A stretch of 64,000 nt of DNA from Candidatus Undinarchaeota archaeon (GTDB lineage: Archaea > SpSt-1190 > JASMDC01). The stretch's first letter is position 1, and every line of letters starts with the position of its first letter. This document shows positions 9,046-19,161 of this stretch, one piece after another. The DNA lies in assembly GCA_964519305.1 (NCBI GenBank), contig CAZFHY010000006.1, positions 89,835 to 153,834 of the forward strand, written 5' to 3'. A program made the translations under genes and the position numbers. Under the pieces are notes generated by a model. The model did no database searches and was not told where the DNA came from. It worked only from the letters and a program-made list of their open reading frames with translations.

Positions 9046-10461
9046 TCACCCGCGGCCTAGGAGCCGGCGGGCGGCCTTGGCACCTGCCCAAGCCATAGTG
9101 CGGACCTGAGCGTCACCCTTCAGAGCGGCGAGCGTCTGCCGTCCCACGTACCCGGGGCGCAGGTAGAAGGCCCGGTTGATGCGCTGCCAGTACTCCCGGA
9201 GAAGCTCGGGTGGTGCGGTGGGATTCTCCATCACGGTCTCGTTGAGGAACACGTACCGCTCCCAGTCGTCCGTCTGCAGGAGATCGTTCTTCTCGGCCCA
9301 TGCGTGGAGCCCGGTGCCCGGGTACGGTGTGGCGAAGGACACCTGAAGGTAGTCGCAGTCGACCTCCTGGACGAGCTGGAGCGTCTCCTCCAGCGTCTCC
9401 TGGGTCTCCCCCGGCAGTCCCAGCATAAGGAATCCCATGGTCTTGATGCCCTCGTCGTGCGCCAACGTGAAGGCGTTCTTGATCTGCTCCACGGTGATGC
9501 CCTTGCGCATGGCGTTGAGGAGTTTCTGGGAGCCGGACTCTATACCGAACTCGATGAGGTCGCACCCCGCTTCGTGCATGGCCGCCAGCACGTCCTTGTC
9601 CACGGTGTCGGCCCGCGTGAGGGCCTTCCACCGCAGGTCGTCGGGCAGACCCCGTTCTACGAGCTCATGGCACAGCTCGATCGACCATGAACGGTCCACG
9701 GCGAACGTGTCGTCCAGGAAAGAGATGAGCTTGACGCCGAACTCGCGCCTGTCCCGCTCTATCTCCTCGGCGACGTTCCGCGGGGAACGTGTGCGCAGCG
9801 TCCCACCGAACACCCAGGGGCATGAGCAGTAGATGCACCGGCCCGGGCAGCCACGGACAGCAATTACCGTGGAGAAATGATCAGATTCAGGCGCCCTGTA
9901 CCGTTCCATGGGCAGGAGATGGAGGGCTGGGAATGGCAGGTCGTCCAGTGGGTCCACCAGCGGTCGTTGTGGCCCGTGCACTATCCTCTTGCCTTTACGG
10001 AGCGACACACCGGCCACCCGGGATAGCTTGCTAGGACCTTCCGGGAGCGAGTCCACCAGCTCGGGGAGGGTGCGCTCCCCCTCACCACGCACCAGCATAT
10101 CGATAGATGGGAGCCGTGTGAGGGTCTGGTCCGGGACCATGCTGGCATGGACACCGCCCAGAACTGTGGTCGTTTCAGGTCGCAGGGTCTTGACACCATG
10201 GGCGATGCGGCCGCACAGGTCCGCAGTGGGAGTTGTGGCGGTGAGCCCTACAACGTCGGGTTCGGCGTCCAGCACCCGACGGACCGCCTCTTCCTCGGAG
10301 AGCTGGAGCGCATTGGCGTCAAGTATGTCCACCGGTACGCCGGCCACTTCAAGGCACGCGGCGAGGTAGGCCAGCCCGAGCGGGGGGCCTACTGATATCT
10401 GGGCGATGGCCTCGGTCCGTGACTGGTACGGCGGGTTCACCAGCAGCACGGATGGTGCCAT
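9046..10461 (-). CDS. B12-binding radical SAM protein
   Basis: PPLGLAYLAA, GGVHAS, GEGE, RGCPGRCIYC, GIESGS, PYPGT. Confidence 0.93.
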   Translation of the reverse strand: MAPSVLLVNPPYQSRTEAIAQISVGPPLGLAYLAACLEVAGVPVDILDANALQLSEEEAVRRVLDAEPDVVGLTATTPTADLCGRIAHGVKTLRPETTTVLGGVHASMVPDQTLTRLPSIDMLVRGEGERTLPELVDSLPEGPSKLSRVAGVSLRKGKRIVHGPQRPLVDPLDDLPFPALHLLPMERYRAPESDHFSTVIAVRGCPGRCIYCSCPWVFGGTLRTRSPRNVAEEIERDRREFGVKLISFLDDTFAVDRSWSIELCHELVERGLPDDLRWKALTRADTVDKDVLAAMHEAGCDLIEFGIESGSQKLLNAMRKGITVEQIKNAFTLAHDEGIKTMGFLMLGLPGETQETLEETLQLVQEVDCDYLQVSFATPYPGTGLHAWAEKNDLLQTDDWERYVFLNETVMENPTAPPELLREYWQRINRAFYLRPGYVGRQTLAALKGDAQVRTMAWAGAKAARRLLGRG

Positions 10462-10513
10462 GGTCGAAAAGGGGCCTGTTACCTTAATAAACGTTACACG
10501 GGTTCGTTCCATC

Positions 10514-12268
10514 ATGCTCGGACAGGCAGGGGGGCTTGTGGCAGGTTTCCTGACCTGGACCTATGCTCTTCTCGTACCGGGACTGCTGTGGGCGCTGGCC
10601 CTCTATCCTGGCCGGACGCTCATCTTCACGCTCGTGACAGGCCTGTCGATCGGTCTCTTCGTGATGCCCGTGGGCGCTTTCATGTTCGCTTGGCTGACCG
10701 GCACGGTCGTCTCTGTACCGCTGGTGCTCTCTCTCGCTACCCTGCTCTCTCCGCTGGCCCTTGTCGTACGATGGCCTCGAGCACCTTCCCGGGGCGATTC
10801 CGGGGACGGTGGGGCCGCAGCACTGATCCTGGCGCTCCTTCTCCTAATGGGTGCGCTCTACGAGGGGACCGCTCTTGGTTACTGGGACACCTACATCGTG
10901 GCCCCCGCTCTGTTCATCATCGATGAGCCCATTGCCTTCGTGGACATGAACGGCAACCTCCTGGTGAACGCCACCCTCACCGGAAAGCTGTTCGACAATC
11001 TCAGGGACGATACGACCTATGGCATCATCACAAAGGACCAGCGCCTGGGTGCGGGTGTGCTGGTCTCGGTCCATGCCCTCCTCCTGGGCGATGTGGGGTT
11101 CAGACTGGCCTTCGCCTGCTACCACGCGCTTGGTGCGGCCGCGATCTACCTGGCGGCCCGACTGCTCTTCAGTTCGTCATGGATGGGCATTGCCGCCGCC
11201 ACGCTCCTTGGGTTCAACGGGTTCGTGCTCACAGCAGATACCCTCAATCCCAACGCCATCGCCATGTCCATGAGCGCTGTGATGACCATGTTGCTGCTCC
11301 ACAGGCCGCGAGGGAGGCAGTGGGCGATCATCGGTCTGCTCCTGGGCACCCTTGGTGGGGTACGGAACATCGCACTGCTCTTCGTCCCTGCGGTCATCTG
11401 GGCGACCCGGCCCTGGGACCGGCGACGGCTGGTGCTGCTCCTGGCAACGGCCTTCATCCTCAACGCACCTTTCCTCGCGTGGAACAGGTTCGCCTTCGGT
11501 AGTATGTTCACCCACGCCGCTATGTACGCCGGGTATGAGGGGTGGCGGCCCCAGTTCGAGCACCAGTTACCGGTCCTGGGCACGTCGTTCAAGTTCAACG
11601 GGATGCTCAACTGGCCGTTCTACGATAACATAGTCCGGACACCTCACTTCCCATTTCCTGTGTTCCTCCTCCTGCCGCTTACTGTCATACGTTCCTTCGG
11701 CCTCGTCCTCTCTGCACTGGGGCTCGCTGGCATCGCTTTCCTATGGCGGGACGACCGCGCCGCCATTATCCTACTTCTGCTCTGGGCCCTTCCATATTTC
11801 ATGTTCTTCCTACCGCAGGAGAACTGGTCCGAGCTGAAGATGACCTTCCTCCTCCCTATCTATCCGGCAATGGTGCTATTGGTCCTGGCCGGTCTGCGCG
11901 GATCACGCCCGCTGCACATCGCCGTGTCGCTCCTCCTGCTCATCGTGTTCGTACAAGTGGCCGCGACGAGCCAATACGAGCCCGATCCGCGGTGGCCCGA
12001 GCGCTTCCCACATTCCATGGCCAACGCGGGCAGGGAGCTGCCCGACGAACTGCGTGATACCCAGTTCTTCTTCCACCTGCCGGAGAACGATGACGAACTG
12101 ATCCACCAGCGCCAGCGGTTCACGGCCGGGAACATCTTTCCATCGATCCGCACCGTTCCCCGTGAGCGTTTGAGCGGTCTGAGAGCGGCCCTCCGGACCG
12201 AGATGAGCGAGCGGAACAATGATGGTAGGCGGACCATGATCGCGGTATGGAACTACATCTACGGATGA
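10514..12268 (+). CDS. Polytopic membrane protein, GT-C (ArnT/PMT)-like glycosyltransferase candidate
   Basis: Many TM helices; WDTY loop after early TMs; WNRFAFG motif; located in a glycosylation cluster. Confidence 0.55.
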   Translation: MLGQAGGLVAGFLTWTYALLVPGLLWALALYPGRTLIFTLVTGLSIGLFVMPVGAFMFAWLTGTVVSVPLVLSLATLLSPLALVVRWPRAPSRGDSGDGGAAALILALLLLMGALYEGTALGYWDTYIVAPALFIIDEPIAFVDMNGNLLVNATLTGKLFDNLRDDTTYGIITKDQRLGAGVLVSVHALLLGDVGFRLAFACYHALGAAAIYLAARLLFSSSWMGIAAATLLGFNGFVLTADTLNPNAIAMSMSAVMTMLLLHRPRGRQWAIIGLLLGTLGGVRNIALLFVPAVIWATRPWDRRRLVLLLATAFILNAPFLAWNRFAFGSMFTHAAMYAGYEGWRPQFEHQLPVLGTSFKFNGMLNWPFYDNIVRTPHFPFPVFLLLPLTVIRSFGLVLSALGLAGIAFLWRDDRAAIILLLLWALPYFMFFLPQENWSELKMTFLLPIYPAMVLLVLAGLRGSRPLHIAVSLLLLIVFVQVAATSQYEPDPRWPERFPHSMANAGRELPDELRDTQFFFHLPENDDELIHQRQRFTAGNIFPSIRTVPRERLSGLRAALRTEMSERNNDGRRTMIAVWNYIYG

Positions 12269-12272
12269 GGTC

Positions 12273-13556
12273 TTAGCTCAACCGAACAAGCTTCTCGCAC
12301 GGGAACTGGAATCCCTCTGGCATTGGTCGTCCTGTCGGGGGCGCCAAGCAGTAGATGATCGTGTCGCAGTCCGTGAAGAGGACCGGGAAGCACACCCCCT
12401 CGTCCGGAAGCTCGCCCTCATCGGGCTGTGGCAGGTCGAGGCAGATGTTGGTCCCTTTCACCTTCGACGGCTTCAGAGGCTGGCCGTCGCAGTAGGGCAT
12501 CTCGCCCTCGCAGTTGGAGTTCACCGTGTCGCCCGTGAACGTGAGAACACGGGCGTACTGTGTGACCGGGATCATGCACGGTAGGTCCTCGTTCGCAGTG
12601 GTCGCACACCCGATCTGCTTCCACGCACCGTCCAGGGAACATCCCGAGGGATTTGGATCAGTGGTGGGTGCTGGGGTCCCGAGCGGCGGTACTTCCCCCC
12701 GCTCGAGCTTGAGGCACGGCGGTTCCCCCTCCTCGAGAGGCTCGTCGTCCACGGGACAGAAGAAGAGCGAGTCGCAGTCGATGAACGTGAAGGGGATGCA
12801 GGGCTCACCCTCCTCTCTCTCCATGCAGAGCTGGTTCCCGTCAACGATCTTGCCCGTGAACGCCTCGTCCTTGTTACAGAAGCTACCGCGGCATCCGAAT
12901 GTCCCCGTGCCCCCGTCGGTGTAGGTGAGCATCACAGTGGCATAAGCGAGAGGTGCAGGGCTCGGCATTTCGCGGCCTTCCAGGTCGGTGTGCCCGGTCT
13001 GGACCCATGATCCTGTGAGGGAGCAGCCAGTTGTTCCGGTGGCCGGCGTCGCTGATGGAGACGTGACAGGTATCGGGCTGGCCGTGGCCGCGATCGGATT
13101 CGGTGTCGGGCTGGTTGTCGCATCTACCGTATTTTCGGTCATGGGCGACGGATCCTCGTCAACGGTCGGTTCCGGCTCGGTGCCGTTCATCAACGTCTCC
13201 CAGGGGACGGACGTGGGAACCGCTCCATCGCCCCCACTGGTCCCCGTGAGCCCGTCCAGGTAACCGCCCTGGTACCCGATGAGCGCCACGCCCAGAACGA
13301 GCACCGCAACCATGCTCAGAAGGACAGGAAGACTGCTGGATGCGGCCTCTACGGCCACGACCTCCTCGACAGGGGCGGCCGTCGCCTCCACGTACGCGGC
13401 CTGGGCCTGGAGCGACTGGAATGCGGTGTCCACGGCGGCGGGGTCGTATCCGGACTGGATCATGTAGGAGCGTACCTGGTAGGGGGTGTAGCCCTGGTTG
13501 AGATACTCCTGGATATAGTTGGCGTAGTAGCTCGTGTAGTCCTGGTACGCCTCCAC
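12273..13556 (-). CDS. Membrane-anchored protein: N-terminal helical module, TM, Pro/Thr linker, two Cys-rich lipocalin-like domains
   Basis: YIQEYLNQGYTPYQVRSYMIQSGYD; CSLTGSW and CSLDGAW repeats. Confidence 0.75.
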   Translation of the reverse strand: MEAYQDYTSYYANYIQEYLNQGYTPYQVRSYMIQSGYDPAAVDTAFQSLQAQAAYVEATAAPVEEVVAVEAASSSLPVLLSMVAVLVLGVALIGYQGGYLDGLTGTSGGDGAVPTSVPWETLMNGTEPEPTVDEDPSPMTENTVDATTSPTPNPIAATASPIPVTSPSATPATGTTGCSLTGSWVQTGHTDLEGREMPSPAPLAYATVMLTYTDGGTGTFGCRGSFCNKDEAFTGKIVDGNQLCMEREEGEPCIPFTFIDCDSLFFCPVDDEPLEEGEPPCLKLERGEVPPLGTPAPTTDPNPSGCSLDGAWKQIGCATTANEDLPCMIPVTQYARVLTFTGDTVNSNCEGEMPYCDGQPLKPSKVKGTNICLDLPQPDEGELPDEGVCFPVLFTDCDTIIYCLAPPTGRPMPEGFQFPCEKLVRLS

Positions 13557-13579
13557 GATATTCGTATGGCAGTTGGGTA

Positions 13580-14332
13580 TTAAGTGGATTTGCCTTCGCG
13601 GGCCAGCGCCTCGCAGGGCACTTCCACGCCCGCGGCCGGGGGGCGGTCCACTGGCGAGAGGCAGTACACCATCGTATCGCAGTCAACGAACTCCAGCGGG
13701 TAGCAGAGGCCCGTGGTGTCCATGCAGATGCGGCGACCATCCTCTGTCCTGGCGGACGTGCCCTCGCCCGGGGGACAGTACGGTTCTTTCCCCTCGCACT
13801 CGAGAACGGCGGTCCCGCCCTCATCGATTGTGACTATCCGCGCATAGTCCTCCAGTGCCACAGCGCATGGTCGCTCCTCACCGTCTGTGGAGGCGCACCC
13901 AATCTGACGCCAGCGCCCTTCGATCGGGCACTCGAGCTCCGGGTCCACGCTCCGTGGCGTTGGTGTGGGGCTGGCTGAGGCGGTGCGACGCTGTGCGGTT
14001 CTTGTACTCGTGACGGCCTGGAGCTGCGTGCGGACAATAGGTTCAGCCTGGATCCCGCTGGTAGAGGTGAGGTTGTGGAGGAGACCTTGCTGATATGCAA
14101 CAACAAACCCTCCTATGAGCACCAACACGGCAAGGAGAGCGACCACAGTTCCCCGGGATTGTCCTTCATTGGTCGGTGTCGGCGGCTCCTCCCCTTTAAC
14201 GAGGGCCTCCGCAGTGGCCTCGTCGTACCCCATCTCGATGAAGAGCTCCTTGACCTGCTCGGGTGGGTAGCCCATCTGCAGGTACTCCTGAGCATAGGAT
14301 GCATAGTAGCTGGAGTACTGGGCATCCCCCAT
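13580..14332 (-). CDS. Paralog of 12273..13556 with one Cys-rich domain
   Basis: YAQEYLQMGYPPEQVKELFIEMGYD; CPIEGRWRQIGC...FVDCDT...PCEAL. Confidence 0.75.
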   Translation of the reverse strand: MGDAQYSSYYASYAQEYLQMGYPPEQVKELFIEMGYDEATAEALVKGEEPPTPTNEGQSRGTVVALLAVLVLIGGFVVAYQQGLLHNLTSTSGIQAEPIVRTQLQAVTSTRTAQRRTASASPTPTPRSVDPELECPIEGRWRQIGCASTDGEERPCAVALEDYARIVTIDEGGTAVLECEGKEPYCPPGEGTSARTEDGRRICMDTTGLCYPLEFVDCDTMVYCLSPVDRPPAAGVEVPCEALAREGKST

Positions 14333-14387
14333 CGGGAGGATACTCATCACTAGTGCTTTAATTGGTTTCTATGGGACCTCTGCAAGC

Positions 14388-14915
14388 TCAGAGCTTTTCG
14401 AAAGTGAGGTCCTTGGGTGGCATGCACATGGAGGCCACGGTGATGTGGAGTCGGTCCTCCTCGCCCTGGTAGATGGCAAGTGTCCGTGCGTCCATGGCGC
14501 GACCCTCGGATACCCGGTAGGCCTTGTTCCTGGAGAGGTAGTGGGAGCCGGTGAACGTCACGTCGAGCCACTTTTCCTCGCTCATGCCGTTGCCCCGTCC
14601 TTGTAGATGGAGCCCCTGCTCGTCCTCGTAGATGAGGAGCTTCGGGGCTTCGGGGAGGAGGGAGTCGGCCTGGATGAGATAGCCGTTGTCCAGCTCCATG
14701 TAAGAACCGTTCTCGAAAAGCGACTCTACGAGGTCGAGCTGGTTGTAGAGGGACTCGAGCGCGGCCCCGGGCACGGGTCTTAGTGAGCCCGCGAACCCGA
14801 CGTTGTAGCCGGCGGCGGCGGGCGAGGCGAAGGGTTCGAAGACCTCTAGCCCCGATACGTCCAATCCGGTCCCGGCCTCGGCCGCGTCCATATCGAGAAG
14901 ATACATGATCATCAC
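14388..14915 (-). CDS. Hypothetical acidic protein
   Basis: Clean ORF with upstream TTTAAAAA box (14952-14959). Confidence 0.65.
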   Translation of the reverse strand: MMIMYLLDMDAAEAGTGLDVSGLEVFEPFASPAAAGYNVGFAGSLRPVPGAALESLYNQLDLVESLFENGSYMELDNGYLIQADSLLPEAPKLLIYEDEQGLHLQGRGNGMSEEKWLDVTFTGSHYLSRNKAYRVSEGRAMDARTLAIYQGEEDRLHITVASMCMPPKDLTFEKL

Positions 14916-15067
14916 TTGTCCTTGCGGACGGAGGCGACAAGCAATGGTCCGTTTTTAAACATTTTCTTTGGATTTGACACGAAATCGCACGATTTGGGCT
15001 TATTCCCCGAAAAAACGGCTATTAAGCCTTAATAACATCTTTGAGCGTCTGTAGGGCGTCGAAGCGC

Positions 15068-15200
15068 ACCGCATACTTTCATGCTATGTGAACTACCCCT
15101 CACCAATTAGAGGGGCTTCCCGCTTCGATACTGTTTCCAGCTCCACGGGCGCATCGGGTGGTCCCCACCCTGAGCGATTCTGAATGTTGATTGCTGCGTT
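15068..15200 (-). ncRNA. Predicted TnpB reRNA (omegaRNA) scaffold plus guide
   Basis: Known reRNA position overlaps the tnpB 3' end; CCCCTC/GAGGGG hairpin 15096-15115, TCAC end, then flank-derived guide; 5' limit uncertain. Confidence 0.55.
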
Positions 15201-16400
15201 CAGGTCGCGGTCAATGGTAAGGCCGCAGTTCCAGCAGCTATGTACTCGAACCGACAGGTCCTTCTTCACTAGCATACCACAACGGCTGCACATCTGAGAG
15301 GTGTTTTTCGGGTCAACCAGTACTACCTTCCCACCAGCCTCTTCCGCTTTGTAGGTGGTGTACTGGATGACCTTGTTCCAAGAAGCATCAACAATGGACT
15401 TTGCTAGATAGTGGTTTTTCATCATATTGAGGATATCGAGTTTCTCGAAGGTGATGGTCGAGTAGTTATCAGCAAGCTGACGGGAGAGCTTGTGGGCGAA
15501 GTCGGTGCGCTGGTTTCGGACCTTGCGGTGCACTTTGGCAAGCGCCTTCTTAGCCTTTTTCCTACGGTTCGAGCCAATCTTTCTTCTTGAGATCCGACGC
15601 TGACGCGTCTTGATATTTTTCTCCGACTCTCGGAGGAAGCGTGGATTCTCGATGACGGCCCCATCGGAGAGAGTGGCGAAATTCTCAAGGCCGACATCCA
15701 CGCCGACGGCGATCCCGTCATGTGATCTAGCCTCGACTTTTACCTCACAGGAGAAGACGACGTACCACTGATCAACATCGCGCTTGACGGTGCAGGTCTT
15801 TATCCTACCTTCGAGCGGTCGATGTAGCTTAATGCGAACGGGACCGATCTTCGAGAGTTTGAGATGCTGTTCATCCGGAGAAAGTGAGAAGCCGCTCTGC
15901 GGATAGGTGAATGAGTCATATCTCCCCTTGCCCTTGAACCGGGGGTATCCGGGAGTTTCACCGTTCCTCACACGACGGAAGAACGCGTCGAACGCCTTCC
16001 TCAACCTCCGGAGGACATCCTGAAGTACTTGGGAGTGGACCTGTTGCTGATACTCATCCCTGTTTCCCGGGAGGGCGTCCTGTTGGTCCCTGTAGGTGAC
16101 GCATCGTTGCTCATCCTTCCAGGCATCCGTGCGTTCTGCAAGTGCGTTGTTATAGAGCCTACGGCAGGTCTCGAGTGTGAATATTAGAATCGATTCCTGA
16201 GACTTGTTCGGATACAGACGATATCTGTAGCTACGTATCACTGTTTCCCCGTCCCCCACCAGATATCCTATTGGATGAAATAGTATTGCCGTGAATAAAT
16301 AGGACTGGGAGGTGGCGTGCCAGTACTCGTTCAGGAAGTAACTTTCGAGTAAGTCACCTCCCTCTCGGAAGGCGACATCCCGCCGAAACGTAGAAAAGAG
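15088..16400 (-). mobile_element. IS200/IS605-family element carrying tnpB only (IS1341-like)
   Basis: tnpB ORF; right-end hairpin followed by GTTCAC ending at 15088; hairpin 16307-16362 upstream; no tnpA; left boundary approximate. Confidence 0.8.
15093..16259 (-). CDS. tnpB: RNA-guided endonuclease TnpB
   Basis: YRYRLYPN HTH, GYPRFK, RuvC GVDVG / FEKL / DRDLNAAINI, zinc ribbon TSQMCSRCG..CWNCG. Confidence 0.97.
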   Translation of the reverse strand: MGDGETVIRSYRYRLYPNKSQESILIFTLETCRRLYNNALAERTDAWKDEQRCVTYRDQQDALPGNRDEYQQQVHSQVLQDVLRRLRKAFDAFFRRVRNGETPGYPRFKGKGRYDSFTYPQSGFSLSPDEQHLKLSKIGPVRIKLHRPLEGRIKTCTVKRDVDQWYVVFSCEVKVEARSHDGIAVGVDVGLENFATLSDGAVIENPRFLRESEKNIKTRQRRISRRKIGSNRRKKAKKALAKVHRKVRNQRTDFAHKLSRQLADNYSTITFEKLDILNMMKNHYLAKSIVDASWNKVIQYTTYKAEEAGGKVVLVDPKNTSQMCSRCGMLVKKDLSVRVHSCWNCGLTIDRDLNAAINIQNRSGWGPPDAPVELETVSKREAPLIGEG

Positions 16401-16415
16401 TTAGTCATCATACGA

Positions 16416-17735
16416 GTGGTCATGCGGGTGCTCCTCCTGGCCCCACGCGTGACGGAGGGCGAGTCCACTCTTCCTTTGGGGCTGGCTTATATCGCCTCCG
16501 TGCTCGAGGCCGATGGATGCGAGGTCCTTGGACGCGACCTATCCTTCACAGGACCTGAGGACGTTGCACAGGAGGCCGCCGACCTAGAGGTGGACGTGGT
16601 GCTCGCATCCTCGCTCACCAGCACCCTGGGCCAGGTGTCGGCAGCATGTGACAAGCTCCGACGCGCGACGGGGGTCCCTATCGCCCTGGGCGGCCCTCAC
16701 GCCACAGCTCTACCGACCCACGCACTGGACGCCGGTGGCTTCGACGCTGTGCTGGTTGGCGAGGGTGAGGACCGGGTGCTCCCGCTCGTCAGGGCACTGT
16801 CCGGGAGCGGCCGGTTGACACGCGTCCCCGGACTCCGCCTCCCCGATGGTGCGTCAACGGGCCCGGCTCTGTCGCCTCCCGATCCGGATGCTCTTCCCTT
16901 TCCACGACGAGATGCCTTCCCCGAGAGCTTGTACTCGGGCATGCCATCCCGGGGTCCGTATACTCCGCTCATCACCTCTCGCGGGTGTGGTCGCCGGTGC
17001 GCTCACTGTCCTTCCCGTTCCCTCGTGGGGGGTCCGAGACGGCGTTCTCCGGACAACGTGGCCGACGAGGTGGAACACATACTCTCGTGCGGGTACCGTG
17101 AGGTCCACGTGGAGGATGATGGTTTCACCGAGGACCGGGGCCATGTGCTTGGAATCTGTGATGCCTTCAAGGAGCGTGGACTGGACATCGACTGGGCGTG
17201 CACCAACGGGCTCCATCCGGACGACCTGGACGAGGGCCTTCTAGCTTCCATGGCCGGGGCCGGTTGTTACTCGATCGCCCTGGGTATCGAGTCCCTTGAC
17301 CGATCTACCCTGGCCACTCTGTGCAGACCTATGGACCTGGAACGTATCGCAGGACTTGTCCGTGCGGCCCACGACCACGGTATTGAGGTCTGTGGTTACT
17401 TCATGCTCGGCATTCCGGGGATGGAGCTCAATGATGGGGCATCCCTGGCCGACGAGGCACTTGCCCTTGACCTCGACACCGCCCATTTCTCCGTGTTCTC
17501 ACCCTTGCCCGGATCACCCATATTCTCCCGTTTGGCAGCTGATGGAGCATCGGTTGATGAGCTGGTGGCCGGTCGCGTCCCTGGGATGGACCGGGCCACT
17601 CTCGAAGTGGAAAGTACTCGGGCGTACCGCCGCTTCTACGCGGGGCACAAGGGAGTTGCCGTGGCACGCAAGGCCCTTTCCACTGGCAGACCGCTCGAGC
17701 CGATAGTCAAAAAGTTTAAAGACTGGTTCGTCTAA
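16416..17735 (+). CDS. B12-binding radical SAM protein
   Basis: PLGLAYIAS, GGPHAT, GEGE, SRGCGRRCAHC, PLPGS. Confidence 0.92.
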   Translation: MVMRVLLLAPRVTEGESTLPLGLAYIASVLEADGCEVLGRDLSFTGPEDVAQEAADLEVDVVLASSLTSTLGQVSAACDKLRRATGVPIALGGPHATALPTHALDAGGFDAVLVGEGEDRVLPLVRALSGSGRLTRVPGLRLPDGASTGPALSPPDPDALPFPRRDAFPESLYSGMPSRGPYTPLITSRGCGRRCAHCPSRSLVGGPRRRSPDNVADEVEHILSCGYREVHVEDDGFTEDRGHVLGICDAFKERGLDIDWACTNGLHPDDLDEGLLASMAGAGCYSIALGIESLDRSTLATLCRPMDLERIAGLVRAAHDHGIEVCGYFMLGIPGMELNDGASLADEALALDLDTAHFSVFSPLPGSPIFSRLAADGASVDELVAGRVPGMDRATLEVESTRAYRRFYAGHKGVAVARKALSTGRPLEPIVKKFKDWFV

Positions 17736-17745
17736 CGCCCACCTT

Positions 17746-19161
17746 ATGGGCAAGCGTGTGGTTTTCCTTCGGGCCGATCCGGAACGGCTCTCGCCGGGAC
17801 ACCACCCGCGCAACGCCTACCCCTGCATGAACATCCGTTACAGTGCCTCCGTGGCCATGGCCATGGGGTACGATGTGGAGGTCATCGACATGGCAGCGAG
17901 CCTGCCGAGCGGCACACTGGCCGAATCGGTGGCCGCAGCACGACCTGACGCAGTAGTATGCGATGTCATCACCCCTGCCGTCCAGTTCACTCTTGACGCC
18001 GTCGAGCGGATCGGGGTCCCGGTCCTCGCTATGGGACAGCATTCATCGGCGCTACCGCGGACATTACTCGATAGAGAGGGGCCGGTGGACGGCTGTATCG
18101 TGGGCGAGGCCGAACAAACGCTCCAAGAGGCACTGCCCGCTATCATGGCAGGGGACCTGTCATCCCTTGCCGGAATGGCCGGGCTCGTTGTCCGGTCACC
18201 CGATGGGCCCATCGAAGGACCGCCCCGCGCTCCTCTCGAGCGGCTCGATGAGCTCCCCTATCAGGCCCATACCTCTCACCACGGGAGCTACTACACGCAC
18301 TATCCTATTCGGACCCGGGGCCGCCGTCGGTTCGGTTTCATCGAGGCGGGCCGTGGCTGCCCGCACTCGTGCTTATTCTGTTCACAGACACTGCGGATAT
18401 CCTATGGCAACCGGGTCCGGCTACGATCGCACGAGAGCGTGGCCGCTGAGGTCGATTATCTCGTCCGTGAGCTCGATGTGAACGCGCTCGTGTTCCTGGA
18501 CGACGCCTTCTGTCTCGATCACAAGTTCGCCCATGGCATCTGCGACTCCCTTATCGAACGGGGGCTCAACGACAAGGTGTCATGGCTGGTGCAGACCCGT
18601 GTAGACGCGGTCGACGAGGACCTACTGACCCACATGCGTGAGGCTGGCTGCTCCTCAGTCTGCTTCGGTGTCGAGTCAGGCAGCCAGCGTGTGCTAGATG
18701 TGTTGCGCAAGGGCGTCAAGCTCGACCAGATCCGGGCAGCGTTCCAGATGGCACATGATGCGGACCTCCTCAGGGTCGGGTTCTTCATGCTCGGTAATCC
18801 GACAGAGACCCGGGAGGAGCTTGAGAGCACCAAGGCCTTCTGCCGTGAGCTTGCCCCGGACTTCATTCAGGTCGCGTTCTTCACGGCGTACCCGGGCTCG
18901 GCCGCTTGGGCGGAATGGGGCGACACGACCGACTACGACTCCTACACCCACTATAACGCAGTGATCAGCAACCGGAGCGAAATGAGCAATGAGGAACTGA
19001 TCGAGCTCCATCGGGAGTTCTATCTCACCTTCCTTTCCCGTCCGGACTTCGTCGCACGCTATGCCCGCTACCGTCTTCCCAGGGCCCTTGCGAACTGGCG
19101 CGAGGAAGCGGAGCTGATGCGGACGGCGTTCGGGTTCTTCACGTCCCAGCACAGTGATTAG
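17746..19161 (+). CDS. B12-binding radical SAM protein
   Basis: GQHSS, GEAE, RGCPHSCLFC, GVESGS, AYPGS. Confidence 0.92.
   Translation: MGKRVVFLRADPERLSPGHHPRNAYPCMNIRYSASVAMAMGYDVEVIDMAASLPSGTLAESVAAARPDAVVCDVITPAVQFTLDAVERIGVPVLAMGQHSSALPRTLLDREGPVDGCIVGEAEQTLQEALPAIMAGDLSSLAGMAGLVVRSPDGPIEGPPRAPLERLDELPYQAHTSHHGSYYTHYPIRTRGRRRFGFIEAGRGCPHSCLFCSQTLRISYGNRVRLRSHESVAAEVDYLVRELDVNALVFLDDAFCLDHKFAHGICDSLIERGLNDKVSWLVQTRVDAVDEDLLTHMREAGCSSVCFGVESGSQRVLDVLRKGVKLDQIRAAFQMAHDADLLRVGFFMLGNPTETREELESTKAFCRELAPDFIQVAFFTAYPGSAAWAEWGDTTDYDSYTHYNAVISNRSEMSNEELIELHREFYLTFLSRPDFVARYARYRLPRALANWREEAELMRTAFGFFTSQHSD

Noticed and set aside
15093-16259. Nuclease-dead TnpB (TldR) or Cas12f
   Set aside because: RuvC D-E-D is intact, an IS right end is present and there is no CRISPR array.
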